DNA from: Octopus sinensis
Taxonomy: Eukaryota
Direction: 5' to 3'
NCBI RefSeq assembly: GCF_006345805.1
Contig: NW_021832832.1
Span: forward strand, 1-64,000
DNA length: 64,000 nt
Shown: positions 51,376 through 62,689 of the stretch, in pieces
Numbering within the stretch: position 1 is the first letter of the stretch
Layout: every line of letters begins with the position of its first letter
Position numbers and translations under genes: made by a program
The notes under the pieces: generated by a model
Database searches by the model: none
Told to the model about the DNA's origin: nothing
What the model saw: only the letters and a program-made list of their open reading frames with translations

Positions 51376-52722
51376 GTAAGTCAATTACAATTTATTTACC
51401 CTGAAACGATGAAGGGAAAATGGACGTCGGTAGATTTTGACCTCAGTAAACAAAAACTGAATTAGATCCGAAGCAGCTATGTTGACGTAGAAGTTCATTA
51501 ATGGCACTCTACATACACCGAGCCCTAAAGTACATTAAACACGTTAATAGCCAGCTACACTAAAAAAAAAAATATATATATATATATAGAAGAAATAATC
51601 AACAAGACACGACTAGTTTCTCATAACATAGAGACCGATGAAAAGCTGCCGACGTGCTAACGATTCTGCCTGTTTGTCACTTTATTATGTTGACTTATAT
51701 TGAATATATAATAGTAAAATGCATACAGCTAAATACTACACTTACATATGACCATAAATTCTATGCTCGCATGAGAAGTGAAATCGCACATTAGAAAATA
51801 TATACGGAAATATGAACAAATTAAATAATGGTAAATTATTGTTTACTTTATAAATTTTTTATCTTTTCATTTTTTAGAATCTTCCAGAGGGTGAAATAAA
51901 TAATTTTAATGGTGGGTCTCATGGGTTTACGAAAACCATTTGAAAGAAAAATGTCGATGATTGCGCGTTGGACGTTGGACACAAACCTATATTCTCTGTA
52001 AATATATGGGAAATCATTGACTTCTTTCATATGTGTATGTGCAGCTGTGTGTATCTATATGTGAACGTAGCTCTATGTATTTGTGTCGGCATTTGTATAC
52101 AAATATTATTGAAATTTCCAATTGATGAGATACGAATCTAATAATTATTTGATTGAATTAGAAGATATTAATCGAATACAACATCTTCTACGTTGATGAG
52201 AAGCGGTTGCGATTCAACTTCTTAAAAATAAACATTATACAGTTTAACAAGACGACGAAATGGTAGAGTCTTGGAGCACCGAATAGAATATTCTGCCTTG
52301 TTGGCTTCAACTTTCTACATTAAGATCTCACCGATATAAACTTTGATTTCTTCCCTCCAAGATCGATAAATAAGGTACAAATTAGCACTACGTTTGATTC
52401 TTCCCCATATCTTTTGTCGGAGTTTTCAGTGAGAGACAAGTAAGCTCTTCACGTAGGTAAAAAAATGATATTCAACAAGATTTCTTCTAAGACTCGACGA
52501 TTTACGATGCTACACGGAACATAGCAAATACAGAAGAAAATATATAATTAAAAGCTACAGGAACGTTTATATAAACTATTGAAACTAAGTGATAGCTATA
52601 GCATATATCTGAGGTTGCAGTTTAAAACTCGTTGTAACCGTCATTGGTGTTTTGCACGTTTGCTTTCGTTGTTCGGAGCCTTATGAAATAGGCGTTCTAG
52701 CGGCACGCAATCCGTCTTTTTA

Positions 52723-52890
52723 TAGGCGCAGGAATGGCTGTATAGTAAACAATCTTGCTGTGCAACCACTTGGTTCCAGGTTCAGTTCAATGCATGACAC
52801 CTTAGGCAAGTGTCTTTAACAATAGGCTCAGGCCGACCAATATTTACTGTGTACCAATTTGGTACACAGTAAATGTTCAAGACCATCGTA
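52723..52890 (+). mobile_element. Old SINE-A 5' half containing a 33-bp palindrome
   Basis: TAGGCGCAGGAATGGCTG...CCTTAGGCAAGTGTC...GGCCGACCAA. Confidence 0.75.
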
Positions 52891-52891
52891 T

Positions 52892-52975
<84 letters not shown>

Positions 52976-53102
52976 CAGTATAGTGTAATTTTAGGGAATG
53001 TTTGGGTTATTCTTAGCTGGCTGTGATTACGTTGACGTCATATTGGGTAGTTTCTCTTCAAAAGTCATAAAATGTTGATGCGTTGGAATACGATGCATAA
53101 CA

Positions 53103-53520
53103 AGAGTGGCTGTGTGGTAAGAAGCTTGCTTACGAACCACATGGGTCCGGGTTCAGTCCCACTGTGTGGAACCTTGGGCAAGTGTCTTCTACTATAGCCT
53201 CAGGTCGACCAAAGCCTTCTAAGTGGATTTGGTAGACGGAAACTGAAAGAAGCCCGTCGTAAATATGTATATATATATATATATATATATGCGTGCATAT
53301 GTTTGTGTGTCTGTTTTTGTTCCACTAACATCGCTTGACAACCGATGCTGGTGTGTTTACGTGCCCGTAAGTTAGCGGTTCGGCAAAAGAGACTGATAGA
53401 ACAAGTACTAGGCTTACAAGGAATAAGTCCTTGGGTCGATTTGCTTGACTAAAGGCGATGCTTCAGCATGGCCACAGTCAATGACTGAAACAAGTAAAAG
53501 AGAGTAAAAAGAGAGAGTAA
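53103..53520 (+). mobile_element. SINE-A, full length
   Basis: Head through tail GACTGAAACAAGTAAAAGAGAGTAAAAAGAGAGAG. Confidence 0.92.
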
Positions 53521-53804
53521 CATATGTACAGGACAATTGAATTTTGGTGAAGGGCCGTGAACCATCAAATCTCGTTCGGCACATCATGACTGGTACATAT
53601 TTCACTATCCTACAATAAAGACATACAAAATAGTTCCACCATTCCATAGCAAAACTGTTGTACTACACTTTGACAATTTTAGATATCTTGACATCAGAAG
53701 GAGCTGGAGATACGATAGTATGACGAAAAGAAACGGCCATTGCAAGCAAAAAACGCATTTGGCCGAATTTAGACATACGACAGTTTAACATAGTAGCAAC
53801 AATG

Positions 53805-53816
53805 TGTGTGTGTGTT

Positions 53817-53890
<74 letters not shown>
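53805..53890. repeat. (GT)n microsatellite
   Basis: Direct reading. Confidence 0.95.
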
Positions 53891-53893
<3 letters not shown>

Positions 53894-55460
53894 CTATGTA
53901 TGTATTTACAAACCTCAATAAATAAGGCATGAACATTTGTCCATTATTGCAACAATCCACTGTTCAGACGTTGCGTTGTTATATATTACCAAAAACAGAA
54001 AACTGAACGGATGTGTTGCTATACTGCGTTCGTTAAGATCACTTGTTTTTCTCAATATCTACATTAATATAATGGTTTCTAATGAAGGTAAAATTACAAT
54101 CTATGTCGCATTCACCTTCCACTTTCACTAGTTCAAACATTATGCTGAAGGCGCTCAACGCATATATATATCGTTAGTTGCATACACTGTCTCACACCTG
54201 GTCTATTTTATTGTTATTTGTAAATTTAAGTTAAGGATATTTTCATCAAGTACATTAGAGTAAAAAGAAATAAGATGTACCTTGTAGAGTTCAGATATAT
54301 CTTGTTCAACATAGATTCACGCCTCACGATGTATTTCAAAGACGCAATGACTGCACCTTAATCTTTATTAATACAAAACCAAGCCGGCAAATTGTAGTCG
54401 AATACAATAACTTGCGGTATATCATCTGAGGTTTGACTCGCATAATTCAATTCGTGCCAAAATCAACTTTGCCTTTCAGGGTCAATGCAATGCATGGGTG
54501 AATCTGAAATTATGTTGGGAGACAATTGGCCAAGTAGCCACGCAATGGGATCGATCTCTTAGCAGCGTGGTTTGCAGAAAGCTTTTTTGTCATAGAAATT
54601 TCCCTGCTGCTATATTGATTATATATCGGAGCCAAATGCCAATCGTCTAGACATTCTGTTATAGTTACACATAATACTGCCGGTTCTTTGAAACATTGAA
54701 GCAACTAGACAACTAGGGAAATGCACATACGTTCACACTACGCACACAGAGGCGTGTGTGCGGATATTCTTGTATGTAGGTCGATCTCCCGCTCGTCTCC
54801 CATTCGGATTATCTATCTGTTTCTCTTTTTCTACCTCATTCTTTTTCCCTATACACACAGAGATTTATATATATATATATATATATCCATGTTTGTCTGG
54901 TTTTATTGATAGGTATATTTTACGCATGAATAATTTGAACTTCTTTCGCACTAAGCTATAGGTGTGTGTGTGTGCTTATGTATGTATTAGACGCAGTCTC
55001 ATAATTCCAATCACGCTTCAATAGCTAAGATGAAAAGACAAAGAGAATGAAAAATATGAAAAGCGGAAAGAAAAAAACGGAAGGCAAATGAACAAAATAG
55101 TTATTCCTCTGGGTGAAATCCCGTCCCCACTCCACATTTTTTTTTTCGTTTCTTTGTTATTATTCCTTCTTTATTCTTCAATGATTTACTCTTTTCAACA
55201 TGCAGTTAGTTTTATGATGTGTACAATTAATTGTATCTAGGTACATACGATTACACATGCATGATTTAATATGTATTGGCTGATTTATATCTACATGTGG
55301 TTTATTGTTACAGTTCTGCGTTGTATAGATAGAGTTAGAGAAAGTTCATGAAAACTAAGAACTTATAATCGATAGCGTTCGAATTGAAATGCAACCATTA
55401 AATTGACTATAATATACAGGGATAATGAGGGCATACACAATTACATACGTGCACATGCCC

Positions 55461-55491
<31 letters not shown>

Positions 55492-55991
55492 CATACATAT
55501 ATAAATTCAGCAAAAATTTAGATTCAAATGAATAGTACTTAATTTATATATATATATATATATATACATATATACAAACATACATATTAATGACAAGAGA
55601 ATAGGAATCGCGTAATGACATTCATTACGCGACTGCTGTAATATGTTGTACGTATATTTCGAACCGAGTACTTATGCAACATCCAATAGATTTCCCGGAT
55701 CCACTGAAATTACGTGTATATATATTTCAGAAAGCATTTAAATAAATAGTGTTGCTACATCCAGATCCACATGCGTAGTTAAATAATACGGTTTATGTGT
55801 CAAAATACACACTGAGAAATCTCTTAGGATATATATTTTACTTTCCATGGGATATTGAATGTCCAGCTTTTCAGAGCAACTGATCGATTTCGTTTCAGTA
55901 AGGAATCATGATTCTTTATTCTGAAGAAACCTGTCAATCATTATACAGCATAGTAGGTTCAAATCTTTCACTTGATATACATATATATATA

Positions 55992-56178
55992 GGGAGAGTT
56001 CACGAAAAAACAAAAGACGAAGACAGGTGGTGTACAAAGCAAACAGATGTATTAGTATAACGCTCAGGAATAGAAAAAGTATTTTACGTTTCGAGCCTAC
56101 GCTCTTCTACAGAAAGGGACACAGAAAAAAAAACAAGGAGAGACAAAAAAATGTGTGTAGTGGCTACCGATCTATCAT
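55992..56178 (-). mobile_element. Element H1, second copy, with minimal hammerhead-like motif
   Basis: Minus motif CTTT-CTGTAGA-A-GAGC-GTAG-GCTC-GAAAC-GTA-AAAT at 56081-56116; ends shared with 31616-31797. Confidence 0.8.
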
Positions 56179-56190
56179 GTCGACTGATAT

Positions 56191-57720
56191 ATACAACTAC
56201 TTGCTTCTCGAATCTATCCGGAATCGCAGTGTGGCTTTAGAAGAAGCAGATCAACTATCGATATGATATTCTCCATACGCCAACTTCAGGAGAAGTCCAG
56301 AGAGCAGAAAATGCCATTATATATGGCCTTCATTGATCTAACAAAGGCTTTTGACTCGGTAAGCAGAACAGGCCTCTTCATCCTGCTCCAAAACATCGGA
56401 TGTCCACTAAAGCTGCTGAAGATCATCAAGTCTTTCCATGATGACATGCAAGGCACCATATAGCACAACGGTTCAACATCTGCCGCCTTCCAAATAAAAA
56501 ACGGGGTAAAGCAAGGCTGTGTCCTCGCTCCTACATTGTTTGGCATCTTCTTCTCACTCTTACTTTCACATGCCTTTCAGACATCAGATGATGGAGTGTT
56601 TCTGCACAGTAGAAGTGACGGGAAACTGTTCAATCTCTCGCGCCTGCGTGCCAAGACCATAATCAGAAACGTCCTGATCAAGGAGATGTTATTTGCTGAT
56701 GATGCCGCTCTGGTAACACACACAGAAGAAGCCCTCCAAAGGCTCATTAACTGTTTTGAGCAAGCATGTAACGACTTTGGCTTAGCTATCAGCCTTAAGA
56801 AGACCAACATCATGGGCCAGGCTACATCGGACATCCCAAACATACATATTGGAGACCACAGATTAAAGAGGTGGAGAAGTTTACCTATCTGAGTTCTACC
56901 GTCACCTACACCCTATCCCTTGACGCTGAGCTCAATATACGCATTGGCAAGGCAGCTGCTGTGATGGCCCAACTCTCCAAACGGGCTTGGGACAGCAATA
57001 AGCTGACCAAGACCACGAAAATGAAGATCTACCAGGCATGTGTACTCAGCACTCTACTGTATGGAAGCGAGACCTGGACGCTATACACACGCCAAGAGCG
57101 TCGCCTAAACATCTTTCACCTGCGCTGCCTCCGAAAAATCCTCCGCATCAAATGGCAGAATCATATCCCCAACAAAGATGTCCTCAGGCAAGCAGGAATA
57201 CCAAGCATGTTTGCACTCCTCACACAAAGACGTATGAGATGGCTTGGGCATGTTAGCCGTATGAAAGATGGCAGAATCCCCAAGGACATACTCTACGGAG
57301 AGCTTGCTAGGGGTACTAGGTCTGTGGGTAGACCGATCTTACGTTACAGGGATGTTTGCAAAAGGGATATGAAGGCCTGCAACATCAATATTAGCGATTG
57401 GGAGGCAGTTGCCGGCAACCGTGGAGAATGGCGACGTACAGTAAAAGATGGAATACAAAAGAGTGACAGAGAGAGAGAGGAGAAATGGAAAGAAAGGAAG
57501 AGAGGTAAACAAGAGACTATGGCACTACAACCAGCCAGGAACAGTCTTCGCTACATTTGCGGTACCTGCCAGAGGGAGTGTTTGTCCAGGATAGGACTAC
57601 ACAACCACAGCAGGAAATATATCAGGACATGAAATACAAAACCGGACTAGACTACAAAAAAAAAAAAAAAAGAACATGCGCAACTCCATTGTCTCCCGAG
57701 ACAGAAAGGATGCCAATAAT
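56191..57720 (+). mobile_element. 5'-truncated RTE-clade (BovB-like) LINE with RT domain
   Basis: PESQCGFR, AFIDLTKAFD, GVKQGCVLAP, FADD (56692-56703), LLYGSETW, RWLGHV, terminal CGTCQRECLSRIGLHNH; one stop (56461) and one frameshift (about 56870); 3' stem-loop TGTCTC-CC-GAGACA. Confidence 0.95.
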
Positions 57721-58886
57721 ATTGCAAGCATTCTAGTCAATTGTCTAGCTTCAAAATGCCTCTCCTGCTTCCTCTTACCTAATTTGAAAAACCGGGAAAA
57801 AATTCTAAGTGACGCGAGCTTTTTCTTTCTTCTCCACCTATGGGTTAAATAAGAGAACTGTTAGATGGAAGACTAGCTTGTCATGTCAGATTTTTTGGTG
57901 TGCAGATATTGCATGGTATCACTAAAGTTTTGTTGCCATTAAACTTTCTGAGAACTCAGTTAACCATGAACACTATGAGCTACTAACGTTATTGCTTCTC
58001 TAGCCCACGAGCAATGGTAAAACAAATAGGGATCATAGTTTGTTTTCTCTACTTCTGTATATCTTTATTTATTTAGTTTTGGTTCCTACAAGATCACATA
58101 GTGTAGCAAAGTTGTTCATCAGCAGAATTTCTTGGATGTTGTCCACAGATATTTATGAGACTACAGAGTGAATATTTCGCAAGTGTGTTGTTTCATTCAG
58201 TGTTGTGTAGAAACTGCTGCACACGAATTTCTAAACGATGACTATGGTGAGATACTGTGATCCAATGGCAAAATTTCCACGTTTATTCGTAGTAACAAAC
58301 TATTACAGCTTTAGCCTTCCATCCAGCTGTTATATATAAATGATGCGCTTCCACTTGTTTGCCAGGTTCGGGACTTCATTGCATTCATAAGAGACAAGTG
58401 TTTTATCGAGACCCGGATACTCGAATGCAACGAGTTTTTCCTGGGAAAGGTAACTTAAAATATCACCTTCCCAGGTTGACTCCGAGAAAAGTCTGATACC
58501 GTATGCAAAAAATCATTATATTAATCCGATAGAATTTATGCGAGCAAGCGAGGTCGTGCAGTTAAAATCGTCGGTTGATTATCAAATATTTAACTATATT
58601 CAAAATATATAGCACTCTTGGCATGTGACCTCTGCTGAGGTCAACACAAGTCTTCTGAGTGGAAATGAACGAGCGGAAACTGAGCCGAATCTGCCAAATA
58701 AACTGTTTTGGATGAGGTGTGATTGATTCTCGCTTCTATCTCTGAAATCTGGAAAAGAGCCAAAGAGGTCAGTCTACTTGGTTTTCTTAGACGACCAAAA
58801 TCGCAAAATAAATCTCTCAAATAAAACACTTAAAAAAGGAAAAGATATTGCATATTGTATTTCTAGTTATACCAAAATATTTGATA

Positions 58887-59281
58887 CTAACAGTATCGCC
58901 CGGCGCTGCTCGGGTTTGTTTCGACCCTTTAGAATTGGAATTTTTGAAAAGTAAAAATTGTGCATTATGTAGCTTGTTATTCTCTTTAAGTGAACATTTT
59001 TCTGGTTGAAATTCACCGAAAAATGGCGACACAGCAGTCAAACAATCGTAAAAAATAGGGATTTTCATAGAAAATAAGCACCTTTTTGATGTAAATAAAC
59101 TTTTGGTGTTAACATGGCCCGATTTGAATTTTTTTTCTTCTACGGAAGGAAGAGCAAGCCTTCTTCTATCATACTCTCAATTTTGGTTAACTTGCGCCGC
59201 AGGGTCTCGGAGGAGATAATGTTAGTTGAAGGCTACCCAACCTGCCATACACAGACAACTTCAGCTTTATATATAGAGAGA
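58887..59281 (-). mobile_element. Non-autonomous Helitron (395 bp)
   Basis: A|TC...hairpin CCCGAGCAGCGCCGGG...TTAG|T; termini match 8520-8818, interior unrelated. Confidence 0.78.
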
Positions 59282-59521
59282 TATTTGTGCCTGAAACGCT
59301 GTTGATCAAAAATCTCTCTTCGACCAGAACCAATTTTAGGCTAAGCACCATCTTTCTCATTAAAATACCATCTTTCTCATTAAAATACCGCTTTCTCATT
59401 AAAATCATTTTATTTTCTCTGTTAGTAAATTTAGTAAAGAACAATTACCCTGGTTTTTCATCATTCCCCGTCTGTTCTGCAGGCTCTTACACCGTTTCCT
59501 CTTTATCATTTAGCAAATTAT

Positions 59522-59527
<6 letters not shown>

Positions 59528-59593
<66 letters not shown>
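59528..59593. repeat. (CT)n microsatellite
   Basis: Direct reading. Confidence 0.95.
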
Positions 59594-59599
<6 letters not shown>

Positions 59600-61237
59600 C
59601 TTTTGCTATTGTTTTGGTTTGGTTTTCTATTGTTTTTGTAATTGGACTCATTCGCTGTAACCTTTAGCTTAGTGTAATTCTTATCAAATACACGTCTATA
59701 TTCTAAAGTAAATTGAACGGAATTATTTGACAAAACCTGATTGTGATGCTGGCTGTGGATTGAAATATGAACGCATTAACCTTCTTTGTGTCTGATATAC
59801 ACAATACATGCATATATATATATATGTAACATCTAAAATCACGTGCATCGTACATAATTTATTCGTCTATAGAATATCTGTCTGTATTATCTCATATGTT
59901 ACAGTGGCTTTTTCTGTCACAATACAAGTGAATCGGACTGCAAGATAATGCACATAATATACCTACCTTGACTTTTTAAAGTCTCTATTATTTCTCATTC
60001 GATATTAGAATGTTATCATTTTAAGGTCGAAAAGTGTATTACCATAACGGCAACAGTATGTATGTGTACGTGCTTTATTCAATATTCTATATTCTGGCAC
60101 ATTCTAAAGATCAAAGATACAGGAAATCATTATTATTGCGCTGTTTCTAAATGGAGATTTCTATCGACGTTTCATCAGAAATTCGAAGATGAAGAGATTT
60201 TTCGCTTGTTTTCCTTCGATAATACACAAAATATTCTGAAATACAAATTAAAATCGAACGCTAATGGGATTTAAATCATGTACTTTGCTTCATGTCAGTA
60301 TTTTACGGTATTCCTTGCTTCTTCATTATCATACTATTGATTTCAATTGGGTGTTTAAACATTTCATGCAAAACTGTGCCAGTTTCATCGCTCGCTGCTA
60401 AGTTATTACATTAGACAGTTTGAGAATTCAGGCTCTGACCCTTTAACGATTGGAATAAATGTTTAGCAGTGACAGCCATTAACCATACATTAGACATTCT
60501 GTAGGATGGATTTGTATGCTCGAATCCATACTATTTCAGGTTATAAACAGAGGAGGAGTTGAATATATAATCTAAAACCAAAAAAAAAAGTAATAAAACG
60601 TAACGAAAAACGCATACTAAATATGGTCATTGCACCTTATAGTGAATGAACACAGCTCGGTAGAATGCGCAATTGAAATATAAATCCTCTTGTTCTCGTG
60701 GAGTAGATTCCATTGCTAGTAGTTGGCCCAGTTTTCTCTTCTTAGGTTTTCTGTTCTGAGTAAGATTTAAGATAAAAATCTTTCAGCAGATAGACTTTTA
60801 AAATAACTGAGGAGACTTACTCAAGTCTCAAATATTTTGTCATAACAAGTAGATCAAAAGTCACGCGATACATGCGAGATTGCTGGAGATTATTCAGGTA
60901 AGTAAATGCAAAACGAGTCAGTTGAGATATCTTGACACAGACAAGGTGACAAAATGTCACGATTTGCTAAGTTTTACATTTGGGAAAGTGAAATTCGATA
61001 ACATTGAAAATCGAAACAATTTAAGTACTATACGCTACACGAGGCAAATTTAACAGTTTCTAAATTGAAACACAAATCTTTTTCGTTTATGCAATAAAGA
61101 CTGGGATTATGAATTCAGCCTCTCAGTAACTTTTGTGAAAAGATGTTATGCACAATTTATGTACTGTTAACCCGAGTCAACAATTTCGGCAGCAAGACTC
61201 TATGTATGTAATATATATATATATATATATATATATA

Positions 61238-61468
61238 CTACCATGTTTTAATTGATGAAACTCACGTCTGTCTATATACCTACCCTCTTTGTAATGTTGA
61301 CAAATGGAATAAGTATAAAAATGAACATTGTCAATTTAATTTTAAAAATTCTTTATGTGCCTGAAGAGTGCTCTACATTTTAAAACTGATGTAATACTTA
61401 CATTGTTTAATTAAATGAAGTAGCATGAAACAATTGTACTACATTACCTTGTTGCTTATTTTGATTTA
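61238..61468 (+). mobile_element. TA-flanked element H4 (probably a Penelope-like terminal repeat)
   Basis: Complex AT-rich segment between TA runs containing the hammerhead-like motif at 61355-61444. Confidence 0.55.
61355..61444 (+). ncRNA. Type-I hammerhead-ribozyme-like motif (slightly decayed)
   Basis: Helix I ATGTG(C)/(C)TACAT, core CTGAAGA (61361-67), helix II GTGCT/AGCAT, GAAAC (61427-31), AATT loop, GTA cleavage triplet (61436-38). Confidence 0.65.
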
Positions 61469-61516
61469 ATATATATATGTTTCTGTATGTGTGTGCGCGC
61501 GCGCATGTATGTATAT

Positions 61517-61790
61517 GAAGTGGCGTGGCTTAGTGGTTACCGTATTAAGCTCACGGTCGCAAAGTCGTGAGTTCGATTCCCGGCGGTGCATTCAGCTGGC
61601 AAAAATGACTTGTATTTGTAATTCAAATGGTCAAACTTATCACATTATGTGTCATGCTCATTCTTCCTGAGAACTACGTTAAAGGTACGCGTTTCTATGG
61701 AGTACTCAGCCACTTGCCTCTTAATTTTACAAGCAGGCTGTACTGTTGTTTAGATCAACTGAAACCTCCGTCGTCATAACCGACAGGATG
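61517..61790 (+). mobile_element. Older tRNA-derived SINE with the SINE-D tail
   Basis: A-box TGGCTTAGTGG, B-box GAGTTCGATTCC; tail CCTGAGAACTACGTTAAAGGTAC...GTCGTCATAACCGAC matches the 37273 element. Confidence 0.8.
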
Positions 61791-62406
61791 CAAATTATAT
61801 GTGTGTGTGTGTGCGTTGGCACGCGCGTATGTGTTTATAAGCCAAAATAATGCAAATAATAAATATTAACAATACAGGTGGGCGATTAGTGCTATTACCT
61901 GGTATCTCGATATTTCAAGATTAGGACCTCTTCTTCGGGAAATTTACGGACAAAGCTCATTGACAATGTTTTTGATTTCTAGTTTGGGCATATGAAGGGT
62001 CATTTTACGTTTATCGTTTCTAGACATTTGCATATGTAGTATGACTTATACGCATCCAAACATTTTTGCAAAAACAGTACAACAAACAATGAATAATTTC
62101 AACGCAAGATCACAGACGATGTATAGTTTCCCCATGGTATTTACTACATCATTTATAAAATAAGGAGCGCCATTCTTCATCCAGCCGTCACCAAAAGTTC
62201 GAGAATATTTGTTCCATTATTAAGTAAGACTTTTGATTAAGAGCTATAAGCCTGAAAATCTAGAAATTTTGTGTCTGACAGAGAACCACGCATACATGCA
62301 TACAAACACATACATACATACATACATACATACATACAAGCATATATGAATGTGTGTGTATGTAGGCATGTGTGCGCGTGTGTTTGAATGTATATATATA
62401 TATATC

Positions 62407-62656
62407 AGATGTTGCTACACATCGCTGGTCACAATGCGCTTCACATTGTTTTAGCCTTCAAATGACGCCATCCTGCTGGCTAAGAAAGAGTGTGAGAAAG
62501 CTGTGGCGAAGGAGTACAGCATGGATGGCCACGACCCCTTGCCGGAGCCTGGTGGAGCTTTAGGTGTTTTCGCTCAATAAACACTCACAACGCCCGGTCT
62601 GGGAACCGAAACTGCGATCCTACGACTGCGAGTCCGCTGCCCTAATCACAGGGTCA

Positions 62657-62661
<5 letters not shown>
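62407..62661 (-). mobile_element. SINE-E (same head/body as C and D, third tail type)
   Basis: 62530-62655 is nearly the same as 37530-37650; tail ...GTGACCAGCGATGTGTAGCAACATCT is unrelated to the C and D tails. Confidence 0.88.

Positions 62662-62689
<28 letters not shown>

Noticed and set aside
31829-59405. Small palindrome at 31835-31854 and short tandem duplications at about 46001-46063 and 59347-59405
   Set aside because: Real but ordinary slippage or fold-back products in AT-rich DNA, with no sign of function.
60794-60903. Strong donor CAG|GTAAGT at 60897 with an upstream open frame
   Set aside because: The acceptor is ambiguous and the peptide unrecognisable; single donor matches are expected by chance in 64 kb.
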